Positions 1 to 11,788 of a stretch of 64,000 bases of DNA are shown here, one piece after another. The translations under genes were made by a program, and so were the position numbers. The DNA lies in assembly GCA_002269645.1 (NCBI GenBank), contig NIVC01001222.1, forward strand, positions 46,846 to 110,845, written 5' to 3'. The first letter of the stretch is position 1; each line of letters opens with the position of its first letter. The notes under the pieces were generated by a model that had not been told where the DNA came from, did no database searches, and saw only the letters and a list, made by a program, of their open reading frames with translations. Origin of the DNA: Macrostomum lignano. Its lineage: Eukaryota.

Positions 1-27
1 TCGCGAATACCATTGAGATGGCGGCGT

Positions 28-782
28 AAGTTTTTCGCAACCTCACCTATAGCTTATTTTGGTGGTGCACTAACATAATCTATAAAACTAAATCTGTGGA
101 TTTCAGTCAGTCCAATCCTAACCTAAATTTACTTTAATCCTACAGGAGACACTTTCTCCACTTACGATCCTTTATTAAACATTAAAATGTCAAATGAAAA
201 TCGATAGTTAGCATTTATCGATCTAGCATTCGTCTGTATATAAGTTTTAAACCGGACGCCAAGTTAGTCGACTGTCACAAAGATTTCAACACCAACAAGA
301 ACTGAGTCTGAAAAAATAATTTTTACAAACTATTAAGCAATAATTTTAACAACTTTTTTGTTTCTTTTCAATTTGCTAAAATAGCCGCTTAAAGATCTAT
401 TTTGATATAATAAAAATCTATTTTTATTATATCCTTCTTTTAATTTTTTCTGAAATCTCTAGAAAGCGATTTTCTAAAGAGCAGGATCTTCTGGCTTATC
501 CAAATATACTAAATCTCTAATATCCTATACTAAATCCTACATATACGTTATCAAAAAACTCCACAATCTAAAATATCAATAGATCGCAATTTCTTTAACG
601 AGCATCTGCTTTATGAAAGCTGAATCCAATCCTAACGTTGCTTTTTAAGATTTTTATTTTGTCATAGTATAGCGATTGTCGTTTAGAGAAAAATACCGAA
701 AATCACTGCTGCATAGAATATGCAACGACCTTTTGTTAAAGTGGGCAACCAGTTAAAGAGATCCAAGCCTTAACTGAAACTA
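28..782 (+). repeat. Dispersed AT-rich repeat, copy 1 (direct copy at 6421-7161)
   Basis: Collinear similarity from aagtttttcgcaacctc through ggagacactttctccacttacg and aaagatttcaacaccaacaagaactg to gccttaactgaaa in both copies; no ORF. Confidence 0.8.
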
Positions 783-880
783 TAGGCTTTGTGAAATATA
801 CATGTAGTAAAAAAAGTAGTAAAAAAATATAATAAAAATAATAATAATTTCAGATAGGCCCTCATGCAGCGCCTTGGGCG

Positions 881-1150
881 ACTTATTGATGGGTTTCGGC
901 CCTTTCGGCCCCTTTCGGGAAGCCTTTGGGCTTCAGGTCTCAGAAATAAATCAATAAGAGTCCTGGCCCCCCACTCCTGTCAGATGGTCAGCCCCATGGT
1001 AGCTTGATCTTGTGGCGAGCAGTCTAGGTCCTATAGCTAAGAGAGGGACAGCGAGAGACAAGCAGGGAGAATTTCGAAGGTAGAGATCAGCTAATCCGCA
1101 GATTAACTAACCCGCTGCCACCAGCCCGTGCGTCCTGGCTCACCAAAACC
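881..1150 (-). repeat. Left arm of a ~270-bp inverted repeat (partner 2644-2915)
   Basis: The reverse complement of 2644-2915 matches 881-1150, e.g. ctcctgtcagatggtcagccccatggtagcttgatcttgtggcgagcagtctaggtcctatagctaagagagggacagcgagagacaagcagggagaattt. Confidence 0.85.
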
Positions 1151-1499
1151 GTCCTGGCTCGCCACCTGCGCCTCACTCAGTGTTGAGGCTGGCGCCAGAT
1201 GGTCTGAGAGGATGCGGGCGGTAGCTTTTTTCTCATCATTTTTGACAGGCCATCAGATGCGTTGCGTTTTACCACTAAAAGTACTTTGGGATTAGCGATT
1301 AGCAATTTCTCTTCACCATCTTCACTTTTTACTTAATAAGATCTCTCTAATGTATATTTTTTCATTAATTTTTGTCATTTCTACGCGAAAGGTCATAAAT
1401 CATTATGTAGCGATTTTGAGTGATTTATGACCGCACCTGTCGTATTTTTATGCCCCCGAGGGAACTGATAGGATCTTCAGGTCACGTGAGTTTGGGTGG

Positions 1500-1612
1500 C
1501 AACAAGCTCAGCCAATCAGAAAATTTGACGTCAGTTATAACAAATCGGCTCAGCCAATCAGCGTCGGGGTGTTCCATTTTAGCAAATTGCGGTCCAGTTG
1601 GCGGCTATATAA
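1500..1612 (+). promoter_or_regulatory. Possible Pol II/LTR-type promoter (two CCAAT boxes plus TATA)
   Basis: gctcagccaatcag at ~1507 and ~1547, then ggctatataaa at ~1602; no clear downstream CDS. Confidence 0.3.
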
Positions 1613-2643
1613 ACCAGTGTTTTTGGCCCGCTCGGACTTAACGTCCTGGAGCTTGGCCTAACTTTGGACCTGCTCGGACCCAGCACACAACTTCTGGCTC
1701 CCGGGACTCGACCGTCGTCTCTTGATCCCCGGATCGCGACAGCCCGGCCATCATCATCAAGGACGAATCCCCCCGGTCGACGGCACCGATCATCGAGGTT
1801 AAGATCATCACCTGCTAGCTATCTGCGAAGACTGCGACATCATCGTCCCAGACCTACAGCTGCGAAGCACTAAGCCGATTCGGTCACTGTGGATTACCTG
1901 GTCTCCGGCTGTTGAGTTTCTGATTGGTTGGGTGAGAGGCTACCTAGTATTGCTTGATTGGGCGATTCCTTATCTGTCCCCTGTTTCAGTAGCTGGATTA
2001 GGCGCACACTTTTGCTCATTTTGTTCAGCAGTGCTGTTATTGGGGCAGAAGTCACTTAATAATACTGTTAGTAGTCTGAATACTCCAATTCAATCTGAAG
2101 TGTGAAGTGATTCAGGGAGAAGGTTAAATCTGACAGTTATTTTTATCGGTTTTATTTCTTTTTTCGCCGATGGCTCAGATGAGTAGCAAAGCTAGCAGGC
2201 GCCGGTAACAGTGGACCAATGGCAAGGCAGTTCTCAGTCGATCAATCTATCAAATCAGTTAGCAAAATTGTCAATAGTGCCGAATCGGCGCTAGAGATGT
2301 ACTCTGTGCACTCTAGATTCGCCAAGCGGCTCGGGTAAAGAATCATGCGGTCTCTGAAGTTTGAGTTAGTCGATCATCAGCGCTATGAGAGGCTAGTTGG
2401 CGCGTTGAAGGCCAAAAGTACATATCTTCGTATTTAGCAATGTAATAGTACATGTAGCTACCCCATAGTCTCGCCACTGCAAGAATCCCCTGCAAAAATC
2501 CCCTCTGCACCTGCATGGTCAATGTGATCAAGTCCCAGCAGAGTCTCTTATCATCGGCTATGACTTCGAGATTGACAGCAAAAAGACACTAGTTGGCAGG
2601 TAAGTGCTAAGCCTCCTCTAGTCGGAAGCCCGATTTTGAAAGT

Positions 2644-2915
2644 TCCGGTTTGGTGAGCCAGGACGCACGGGCAGGTGGCAGCGAGTTAGCTTAGTCTGCG
2701 GATTAGCTAATCTCTACCTTCATTCAAAATTCTCCCTGCTTGTCTCTCGCTGTCCCTCTCTTAGCTATAGGACCTAGACTGCTCGCCACAAGATCAAGCT
2801 ACCATGGGGCTGACCATCTGACAGGAGTGGGGGGCTCAAATTGATTTATTTCTGAGACCTGAGGCTCGGAGCCTTCCCCAAAGGAGCCGAAAAGGCCGAA
2901 ACCGATCAAATATTT
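2644..2915 (+). repeat. Right arm of the inverted repeat (partner 881-1150)
   Basis: Direct reading of the reverse-complement match; the outer end carries a variant hairpin cluster. Confidence 0.85.
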
Positions 2916-4094
2916 CAAATTACTTTTATAGTCCTGTGAATAAGCGACATCGCATACTTGCCAAGCTGTACTTCCCAAGTTGCAGTGCATGTGCCGCAGA
3001 CCATACTTTGAAAGTCATATAGAAAGTAGCGAGAAACATATAAAACTTTCCAAGTTACCAGCAAAGCCAACATTGAGTAGCTACGCGTCGTACTTTAAAA
3101 GCCAATCCAATACAAAGTACCAGTGCTGACCTTGAAAGTTTTCAACGCTTTTTTGCAATTCTAATTCTTTTTTTAGAATTCTAATGAGCCCGGCGCAGAG
3201 GCAGCTCCTGGGGAGGAGCTGCGGGCAGGCCCGGGACCGACCCCTAACCCCGACTTGGCGTGGCAACCGAGAGGGTGGATGCGTGAGCCGGCCCGCACAG
3301 AAGGACAGTGAACTGAGCTCCCCCAGATGCTCTAACGCAACCAGAGTAATCCGCTAAGTCTAACCGTCCAGCCCCCGCCTCCGTAGTTACGGGCTTGTCT
3401 AGTGCTGTTTTAATTGCATGCGCTGTGTTGTGTAAACCCCGCCGTCGTTAGGAAAGCGTCGTCCGCCAGTCGCAGCAGCAGATCCTAATTCCAAAAGAAA
3501 GCAGAGGTTCATTGTTCCAGAGAGGCGGGAGGGTGGGCAAAATGAATTTGCATGCTGGCTTCATCCCCAGATGGCAGCTTGGCTCCCCTTTGGAAGCCAT
3601 GCACCTTTGGGAATCCGGCAAAAGAAACTGGTGAAGCTAAAATAGCTTCACATTCACTCATTGCAAGCTGTGTGAATGATAGACAAATTACTCTCGACTA
3701 CACCGACTAGCTAAACCTGCTGCATCGCTTCAAAACTTCAAAGCTGCACTGTAGCTTTCGACGCAACTCTTCAGTTTCCATGCTCTGTCGACTGTGGGTG
3801 AGCCATTAAAACAAAGGACTAGCTACTAGACAATGGGACTGCTAAGAGATGCAGAGATGCAGGGGAGCAGCCAACATGGGATTGGGGTGGGTGACACTAG
3901 GCGTTACAGTAGGAGTCTTTGCTAAGACGTTGCTAATTAAGCGACGCAATGCTAAGATCCTGAGGCAGCTCCAACGCCTGAGCGGCATTTTGAGGCAGGG
4001 CATAAATAGGGGTGAGCTGCCCCTCCGGGTAGAACGCTGCCTCACCGAGACATTCAAGAATCCAGAGCCTCACTGATAGACTGAATCTCCTGAC

Positions 4095-5051
4095 ATGATT
4101 CGCGAAATTCTTCTCGCCTGCGCCTTGGTCTGCGCTGCTGCAGCGAGTGACCTTGACGGCACAGGTAACAGCTACGGTGACTAATTAATTTACCAATTAT
4201 ATAAATTCAACGCAAAGGTGAACTAAAAATCCCTTGCAGAGTATTCGACTGACCCTGTGGAGTCGCTGAACTCCGCTGCTCCGATAACATCAGCTGGTGG
4301 CAGCAGCGACATTCACTGCACTGTGCAGTGCTCGGCCGCTGGAGCCGCCGTCTGCGCTGCCACCGCCTACGTGAAAGAGACTCGGCTGTGCCTGTTCTCA
4401 GGCGTGAGCAATGCAGACTTCTCTGCTGCCGCTCCGAGCAGCATTGTTTATCGAAGGGTAAAAGGTGCGCAAGTGCGGGTTTCATTCACTTTTTATGGGC
4501 AGTTTTTTCATACTGTAGGGCCTTTTTTGGTAACTGAGACTTGAACCACGACGTGTGTCCGGAAAAAAGTGTTCCTTTTTTGTGCCTCTGACGTTTGGTA
4601 AGTTGCACTTTGGTGTCGTTTAAAAGCGGCAATTTACGAGCTATTTGTTTAAAATGAATCGAATTGCTATTAATATATTTTTATATATTAAGAGACACTT
4701 GTTTTTAAGTACAGGGAGATTGGTCATTGAAGGTGAGGTGAGAACCTGTATACGCACGAGCTGTGAGGAAAAAATTATCGATTGCCACTGAGCAGAATGC
4801 AAATTTCAACGGATATTTGAGTTTCTGTAAGTCTACGAGCACTCTCCCTCGCTTAAGTCATGTTACCTCGCGTACGCATTCCAACAACTTACCAAACTTC
4901 CGCAACACAAGTATAACACAATTTTCCGTACAACCCTCATAATTGGCTGATTGATTAATGCAGAATTATAGTAAATCTAAATGACTACTATTCCACGATT
5001 TTCAAGATGAATTGACAACATTAACAGCAGCAGCAGCAGCAGCAGCAACAA

Positions 5052-5084
<33 letters not shown>

Positions 5085-6163
5085 TTGCTACTACTACTCC
5101 TACAACTTCTGCAACTACAAATACTACTCCTACTCCTACTCCCGGATACCATGTGATGATGAGTCGTACAGGACTCGCACTGAGCTTTGCTCGAACTTGG
5201 ACTGAGTACGAAAACGGCTTCGGCGATGGAGTGGACATGTGGCTCGGTGAGACCTACGAGAGTATTGGTTCAACAGAAACAGTTTTAACCTACGAGTAGC
5301 TTATTTTAGTAATAAAAGATAAAAACATTTAAACATTTGTTTTCCTTAAGTCTTTGTGACGAAATATTTAATAACTTACCATCGACCCTTTAGCAGGGCT
5401 GTGACTTTTTTTTATGTTATGATGACTCATATGCCGACTTAAAAGTGAGTAAAATTTTAAGTAGCACGAATTCTTCAAATGATGATTCATATTTTTATTA
5501 CACCTGCCCCAATCGGCAGATGTGCAACCGACAGCTCAGCCGCAGCTATTGCGCGGCGCATCTGAAGGCTGCGTACGGCTGTTCAGTCCAAGGACTCTAA
5601 CCATGCACTAGGCTACAACCCCTTGTATATTAATTTACTTGTAACAGTCGCTGTTTGACTTGTAGACTTGTACTAAAAGAAGACATTTTTAATCGCCACA
5701 GCAAGCCTTATGCTTATCCAATCTTGCATCAAAATCACTTGATTCAGGCCTGAAAAAAATAAATGAGCTGACTGGGAGCACGCCAAAAAAGCTGAGAGTG
5801 GAAACTGTGTCCACTGCTGGCGTTTCGTACGTCGATGAGTATTCCGGATTCTCCGTGGGCGATGCCAGCACCAACTACGCCATGACCTTCGATGCTCATT
5901 TGACGGCCAGCTCAAACACAACTGGCGACTCGCTCACCTATCACAAAGGCGCTCAGTTCTCCACCATGGACAGGGATAACGATCAATCGCCCACTTCTTG
6001 TACCTCGCAATACGGCAATGGCGGCTGGTGGTTTAAATCCTGTTTTCGTACTCTTCCCACGGGAGGAGCCTACACAGCGTCCAACGGGGCGATCGTCGAT
6101 CCCTTCATTCGCTGGATACACGCTGATGAACTTCAACAGGCTATTCGATTGCTGCTGATTTAA
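4095..6163 (+). CDS. Secreted fibrinogen-related protein: signal peptide + PAN/apple-like domain + Thr-rich linker + fibrinogen C-terminal domain (~316 aa)
   Basis: Exons 4095-4164, 4240-4464, 5007-5246, 5748-6163, all GT-AG and phase 1, total 951 nt. MIREILLACALVCAAAAS signal; HCTVQC..C..TAYVKETRLC PAN-like pattern; FBG motifs FARTWTEYENGFG, MWLGLKKINELT, FSTMDRDND, GGWWFKSC. Confidence 0.88.
5531..5621 (-). mobile_element. Internally deleted copy of the SINE at 25345-25616 (in intron 3 of the FBG gene)
   Basis: acagctcagccgcagctattgcgcggcgcat(c/t)tgaaggctgcgtacggctgttcagtccaaggact is shared with 25350-25415 and is joined directly to cactaggcta(c/g)aaccc, the other end of the full SINE. Confidence 0.75.
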
Positions 6164-6420
6164 AACAATTTCTAGCTTTAATTCTTCACTCTTGAGATCA
6201 GAAGTGCGGTTAATGGACATACGTTGTTGGTTCTGTAAGACGTGAAAGCTATATTCCGACGCAATATTTTTTTGGCTTTGTTATAAAAGCATGAAATCTG
6301 TTTTCAACATACATGTAGTTGCCGAATGCCCGAAATCGAAAAAGTCCATTTTTCAGAGGATTCTTAACCATTCATAATCCTGCCCATTTAAACTTTCTTT
6401 CATCAATATTATTAGTGATA

Positions 6421-7161
6421 AAGTTTTTCGCAACCTCCCCAATAGCTTTTTTGGCGGTGCACTAGCAATCTAAAAAGTAAATCTGCGGCTGTCAGTCAGT
6501 CCAATTCTAACCCTAATTTTATTCTCATCCTATAGGAGACACTTTCTCCACTTACGTTTATTGGAAATTATATAATGTCAAATGAAAATCGATACTAGCT
6601 AATATGGATCTAGCATTCGCCTGCACTGTATTTAATTTTTAAACCGACGCCAAATTTGTCGACTGCCCACAAAGATTTCAACACCAACAAGAACTGTAGT
6701 TTAAAGTCTGAAAAAAATAATCTATAATCATTATCAAGCAATAATTTTCACAACTTTAATTGTGTTTTTTCTTCGATTCGCTAAAACAGCCGCTGAAAAG
6801 AGTCTATCTTTGTCTTATCCTTCTCTTAATTTTTTATTCTCTGTACTGTCTAGAAAGCGATTTTTTAAATAGCAAGATCTTCTGTCGTATCCAACTATAG
6901 CTACTAAATTCTAAATCCTAAATATACGTTATCAAAAAAACTCACAATCTAAAATATCAATAGATCGCTATTTCTTTAACGAGCATCCGTTTAATCAAAG
7001 CTGAATCCAATCCTAACGTTGTTTTTATTACTTTAATTTTATCATAGTAGCCATTGTCGTTTAGAGAGAAAAATGCCAAAAATCACTGCTGCACAGAACA
7101 TGCAACGATCTTTTGTTAAAGTGGACAACCATTTAAAGAGATCAGAGCCTTAACTGAAATC
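6421..7161 (+). repeat. Dispersed AT-rich repeat, copy 2 (see 28-782)
   Basis: Collinear diverged copy of 28-782. Confidence 0.8.
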
Positions 7162-8110
7162 GTATGAAGTCCACCGTATGAAGTCTGTTAGGGCTAAAAG
7201 AGCGTTTCGTTTAGTAGTTTTCTTAGGCTTTGTTCGCGAGGGAAATATTTTAAAACTTGATTAGACATTAATTTTTCTTCCGCGGGCAAACTAGTGGGAA
7301 AGATACCGGATACTTGTGCATGTACATTTATTACATCATTGGGGCCATGTGCCCAGGCTCAATGCCAAGCACGCAGTCACAATTAAATTGAAAATAAATT
7401 GGAATCTCGGCTTGGCGCTGCTCGTGCAATCAAGGTCCTTGACGGCCAGCCCTAAGGCACAGTGAAGTGTACATGTACCACACTTGGCTCCCCAACCCTT
7501 GAGAGCAATCAACACGCTTTGATTTATTTTGACGTTTAGAGTTTTAAGCCAATAGCTGTTTTTCGTTTGTATCTGTGTATTTTTGCACCATTACAGAGAA
7601 CACGCAGACTCAATTCAATAAATGAAAAACCGAGAGGAAACGGTCATTTGATGAGTTTAACAAATCGAGATCAAATTCAAATGCAATCTTGAAATCGGCA
7701 ACAAATTATCTTATGCTAGCATTCACTTGTATGATTACCTGATAAAACAGGGTGTAGAAATATCACGGATTTATGGTAGAGACAGTCCGTTTTTGGCTAA
7801 AATGAGACACCGCATAGAGAGACTGCCATTCGGAGATATACTTCGGAGATGTAATTGGAAATAGCTGTGCCCAAGATAGGCTCGTAGGCACACGTACAAC
7901 GAAGCTTCAGTTTACATCCAGAGCATTCAGGTAACTTGCATTCACTCCAGTTCTATTGAGACTTTTTTCAAAGGTTAACCTACCAAAGCATATTTATGAG
8001 TTTGTAATTTAAAAAAAATGGCGTTAGTGCCTTCTCTGGCTAATACATGAAATCAGAAGTTTACGAACTCCAACTTGTCCAGTAGTTAAACCGAATTGCT
8101 CTGTCAGGAC

Positions 8111-9333
8111 TCAGGTGAGATGATAGACCAGAAAGGAATAACGCAGCATGTCAAACTCCGGGCCAAGTACCCAACAGGTGGGCACAAACCAGCACAAATA
8201 GGTGCCATAGTACAGAGCGCCAATCGTGACCGGTAGGAGGTATCTACCTGGCAGGAAATGCTTCCTGCGTTGGTGCAGGCATTCAGCAAATACTCGGTCG
8301 CATTCGCAGAAGGCGAACTGGCAACTGGCTTGGTGATTTGAGCAGCTCACCTGCCTACTGGCTGACAGCCAGCGCCAGTTGTAGGGCGTCTGATAGCCAG
8401 TCAGGTGGCTGCAGCGATTGGAATCATGCACGGCATCGAAACATCTGGAGCGGAATTGATCAAGTTGAATCAGCCTGCTATAGTGCAAACTGTCTCGTTC
8501 TTGCTTGGAGGGAATTGTTATAATGCTGTGATTCTTGGGAAGAATTACTGAAATGTCAAGGCTTACGGGGGAAGAGTTGATGAAATTTCAAGGCTTTAGG
8601 GTTAGGGATAGGGTTAAGATTAGGGTTAGGGTTGGGCTTAAGGGAAATTGCTGAGATTTCAAGGCTCACGGATGAATAGCTGAGATGTCAAGACCTACGG
8701 GGGAATAGCTGAGATGTCAAGTTGTACAAGGGGAATCGCTGAGGCTATTGCAAGGAAAAGCTATATATAGTTTATTCAACAATTTTTATTTCATTCTTTT
8801 TTGGCTCCCCAACGGGAAGCGCTAATAACTATAATAGGCAGGTAGGGCTTATCGTAGACACTAAAGAAGTGGCAGTCGACCCGCAGTCAATGAGTCCTTT
8901 CCGCTCATCCCTTGCCCATCCAGCATGCACGAAATCAAACTGAGATGCACAATTGAACACATGAACCGCTGCACCACTTTACTGCCATATAAGTTGTCAT
9001 ATGAGCATAATGGTGATATAGTTTCCATTCTCAGAATTCACGTGTACCGGTACTTTAAACAATCTCTCCAACGGTTACCGCACTGACGTACTTGTCGTGC
9101 GTGTAGCAGCAGTCATCGATGGGATCTAGCACCGGTCCACCACCGCCGTAGCCGCACCAGTTAGCGTAGCCGAGTAGCCGCAGCGGCTCGATACCCGTCG
9201 TTGCGCGCACCATGTTCCTCAGCGTCACAATGCTGCGCTTCGAGCGCTGACTAATAGGCGTTGCTAGGGTCACTTCGGACAGCAGCAGAGTCGTTGACAT
9301 GACGACTATTGCTAGCAAGAGCCTGTTCGGCAT
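8111..9333 (-). CDS. Secreted phospholipase A2 (group I/II/X-like fold) with signal peptide and RSKR propeptide site
   Basis: Exon 9333-9092 (donor AA|gtacgt) and exon from 8444 (ctccag|A). Spliced: Ca loop YANWCGYGGGG, catalytic DDCCYTHDKCFD, CECDRVFAECL. C-terminus uncertain: either a donor at 8248/8247 (CCAG|gtagat) or read-through to the stop at 8111. Confidence 0.88.
8520..8840 (+). repeat. Dispersed repeat with degenerate TTAGGG run (in the PLA2 intron); related copy at ~14290-14780
   Basis: Shared gaattactgaaatgtcaa, gagatgtcaag and tagtttattcaa..ttggctc blocks; ttagggttagggatagggttaagattagggttagggttggg at ~8596-8636. Confidence 0.6.
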
Positions 9334-9540
9334 GTTCTTGGTCTATTCAAGCGATGTATCTGTTAGAGAGTTGTGGGCAGTGAGCAACCACTCGAAAGAT
9401 TCCGTGCTTCCGAGTTTTCTAGCAGGTACTGCACGCATTAATTATCAAATTGTTACTTCTCTGCTAGGGAATTTAATAAGAGTTTCTCATTAAGTCATGA
9501 AATATAACTTCCTTCTAGGGTTGTAGTAGAGGTTGCACTT

Positions 9541-10170
9541 AAATGCAGGGTCGTGGGGTTTGTAGGTTCCTGCAAGTTCGTGGCGTTTGCAGGTTCCTGC
9601 AGGGTTGCAGAGGTTGTAGGTTCCTGCAGGGTCGTGTGGTTTGTAGGTTTCTGCAGGGTCGTGGGGGTTGTAGGTTCCGGCAGGGGCATGTAGGTCGTAG
9701 GTTCCAGAGGGTCGTGGTGGAGGTTGTAGGTTCCTGCAGGGTCGTGGAGGTTGTAGGTTCCTGCAGGGTCGTTGTGTTTGTAAGAATTCTTGCAGGGTCG
9801 TGTAGGTTGTAGGTTCCTGCAGGTTCGTGTATGTTGTAGGTTCCTGCAGAGTCGTGGAGGTTGTAGGTTCCTGTAGGGTCGTGGGGTTTGTAGGGATTCC
9901 TGCAGGGTCGTGGAGGTTGTACTTGTAGGTTTCTGCAGGGTCGTGGAGGTTGTGGGTTCCTGCAGGTCGTGGGGTTTGTAGGAATTCTTGCAGGGTCGTG
10001 TAGGTTGTATATGTAGGTTCCTGCAGGTTCGTGAAGGTTGTAGGTTCCTGCAGGTTCGTGAAGGTTGTAGGTTCCTGCAGGTTCGTGAAGGTTGTAGGTT
10101 CCTGCAGGTTCGTGAAGGTTGTAGGTTCCTGCAGGTTCGTGAAGGTTGTAGGTTCCTGCAGGGTCGTAGA
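9541..10170. repeat. 27-bp minisatellite (gcaggttcgtgaaggttgtaggttcct), probably in a 5'-UTR intron of PLA2
   Basis: Tandem units read directly; lies between a minus-strand acceptor at 9344-9343 (ttgaatag|accaagaacATG) and a candidate donor at 10570. Confidence 0.9.
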
Positions 10171-10570
10171 GGCGCTAGTAGTTTCAGTATAGTTCCAGAC
10201 AACGAAACGCAAGCAAAGTATTCAGAAAAAGAAACGATCAAGCGCTTACAGAAATCCTCTGAATAGAATGCAGCTGAGTTTGCAGTATGAAATCAAGCTG
10301 ACATGACAAATGCTTAGCTTTTGGCTTTATGAAGTCACGTCAGTCTCTGCTGCCTTCACAACGCGGGAAGAGCATATAGTGTCCTGCTCTACCGGTAAAT
10401 CTGCTGTATTGCGTAAGCAAAAATTTACTTGTGAAATACATGTAACTAACGCCTGCTTTGGTCAGTTTTAAACATGATTCATTTTAAATCAATAGGGACT
10501 GCCTACTACATTTATCTGAAAAAAAGCAATGAGATAGTGTCAGCTTTCAGGTGAGCACAGATAAGATTAC

Positions 10571-10690
10571 CTGCTGAAGTTCGCCGGACAAATTCGTCCT
10601 CAAAGAATCCACGCCCCCTCTGTAGGTCAGACGGGCTCTGTAGTTCACATACCAATCTCGGTTGGCAAAGCACTAATTCGCAAAATTATA
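10571..10690 (-). other. Candidate non-coding 5' exon of the PLA2 gene
   Basis: GC-richer island ending in cttcagcag|gtaatc on the minus strand; no transcript evidence. Confidence 0.3.
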
Positions 10691-11074
10691 CCTGACCCAC
10701 AATTTAAAACTAGTTAGAATGTACTTCAGAAGTACACTCTGTACTTGTTAAGTTTGTTTTAAATCGTCATGAAGTCCGTATAACAAAGTAACAAAAAGAG
10801 AATAATCTTTTTTGTGCATCAGCTGATAATTTACACTATTTATTAAAATCAGTTTTCAAGTGTATTATTTTAAACACCCAATCCTGGCATTGTGTTCCAC
10901 ATAACTATTAGAACACGACGTATACAAAGTATGTAATCTATAACAAATATCAGGTAAAAGATATTGATTGTGGGGTAAAAACAATTCAGTGCGAAAATCA
11001 AACTTCGTTTCAAAAAGCTGTTGTAAATTTTTAAGCCTCGAAACCATTGTGAAGAAAAAGTGCTGAGAAAATTA

Positions 11075-11612
11075 ACATGTACAACTATAGATATAATTTA
11101 GTGGATTTATGTGTAATTTGGAAGACATTGTACCATAAAAAAGTAAATAAAATCAAGGAAGTCATGTTCGCAGTAAAAGACCACGCTGCCAAAAGGCACG
11201 GACAAAAGAAATGATCAGCTGTTGAGCTCGCATGGACAACAGGAATGGAAAAATGGGATGGAAGTCCTTGATAGTCATGAACAACAGGAATGGAAGTCCT
11301 TGATAGTCAGGGACAACAGGAATGGAAGTCCTTGATAAACATGGACAAATGGGATGGAAGTCCTTGATAGTCAGGGATAATAGGAATGGAAGTCCTTAAT
11401 TGATTGATTAATTACAGAAAAAGTAGTAAAATGTACAACTGCATAATTTAGTGGAATGTTGTGTAGTTGGGAAGACATTTTATAACAAAACAATAAAATT
11501 TTGCGATAAAAAGTCAATGAAATCAAGGAAGTCATGTTCATAGCAAAAAGATCATAGTAAAAAATCAGCTGTTGAATTCGCATGGACAACAGGAATGGAA
11601 GTCCTTGATAGT
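11075..11612. repeat. Degenerate ~330-bp local duplication with short ggaatggaagtccttgata repeats
   Basis: The blocks tgtacaact..taatttagtgga..gaagacatt..aatcaaggaagtcatgttc..catggacaacaggaatgga occur twice. Confidence 0.6.
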
Positions 11613-11788
11613 TAGGGAAGAACGGAAATAAGGGAAATTCCATAAAAGAAGTAAAAAATGTAATATTTTTTCTGCAAATTAATCGAATAGAACAATTTTA
11701 CGGTAGGTTCTAATCTAGTCTCAAGGGTAAGTTTAGTCTCGAGAGTTTCGCTTTTGCTTAAATTGATAATTTACGTCAAAAAGGCTGC

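Noticed and set aside
881-962. Calling a canonical hammerhead ribozyme as a feature
   Set aside because: CUGANGA is not adjacent to stem II and there is no properly paired NUH site; kept only as a hypothesis.
8596-8636. Telomere or interstitial telomeric site
   Set aside because: Only a few degenerate TTAGGG units inside a dispersed repeat.
9490-10266. Long ORFs on both strands (240/248 aa)
   Set aside because: They are translations of the 27-bp minisatellite; no domain content.
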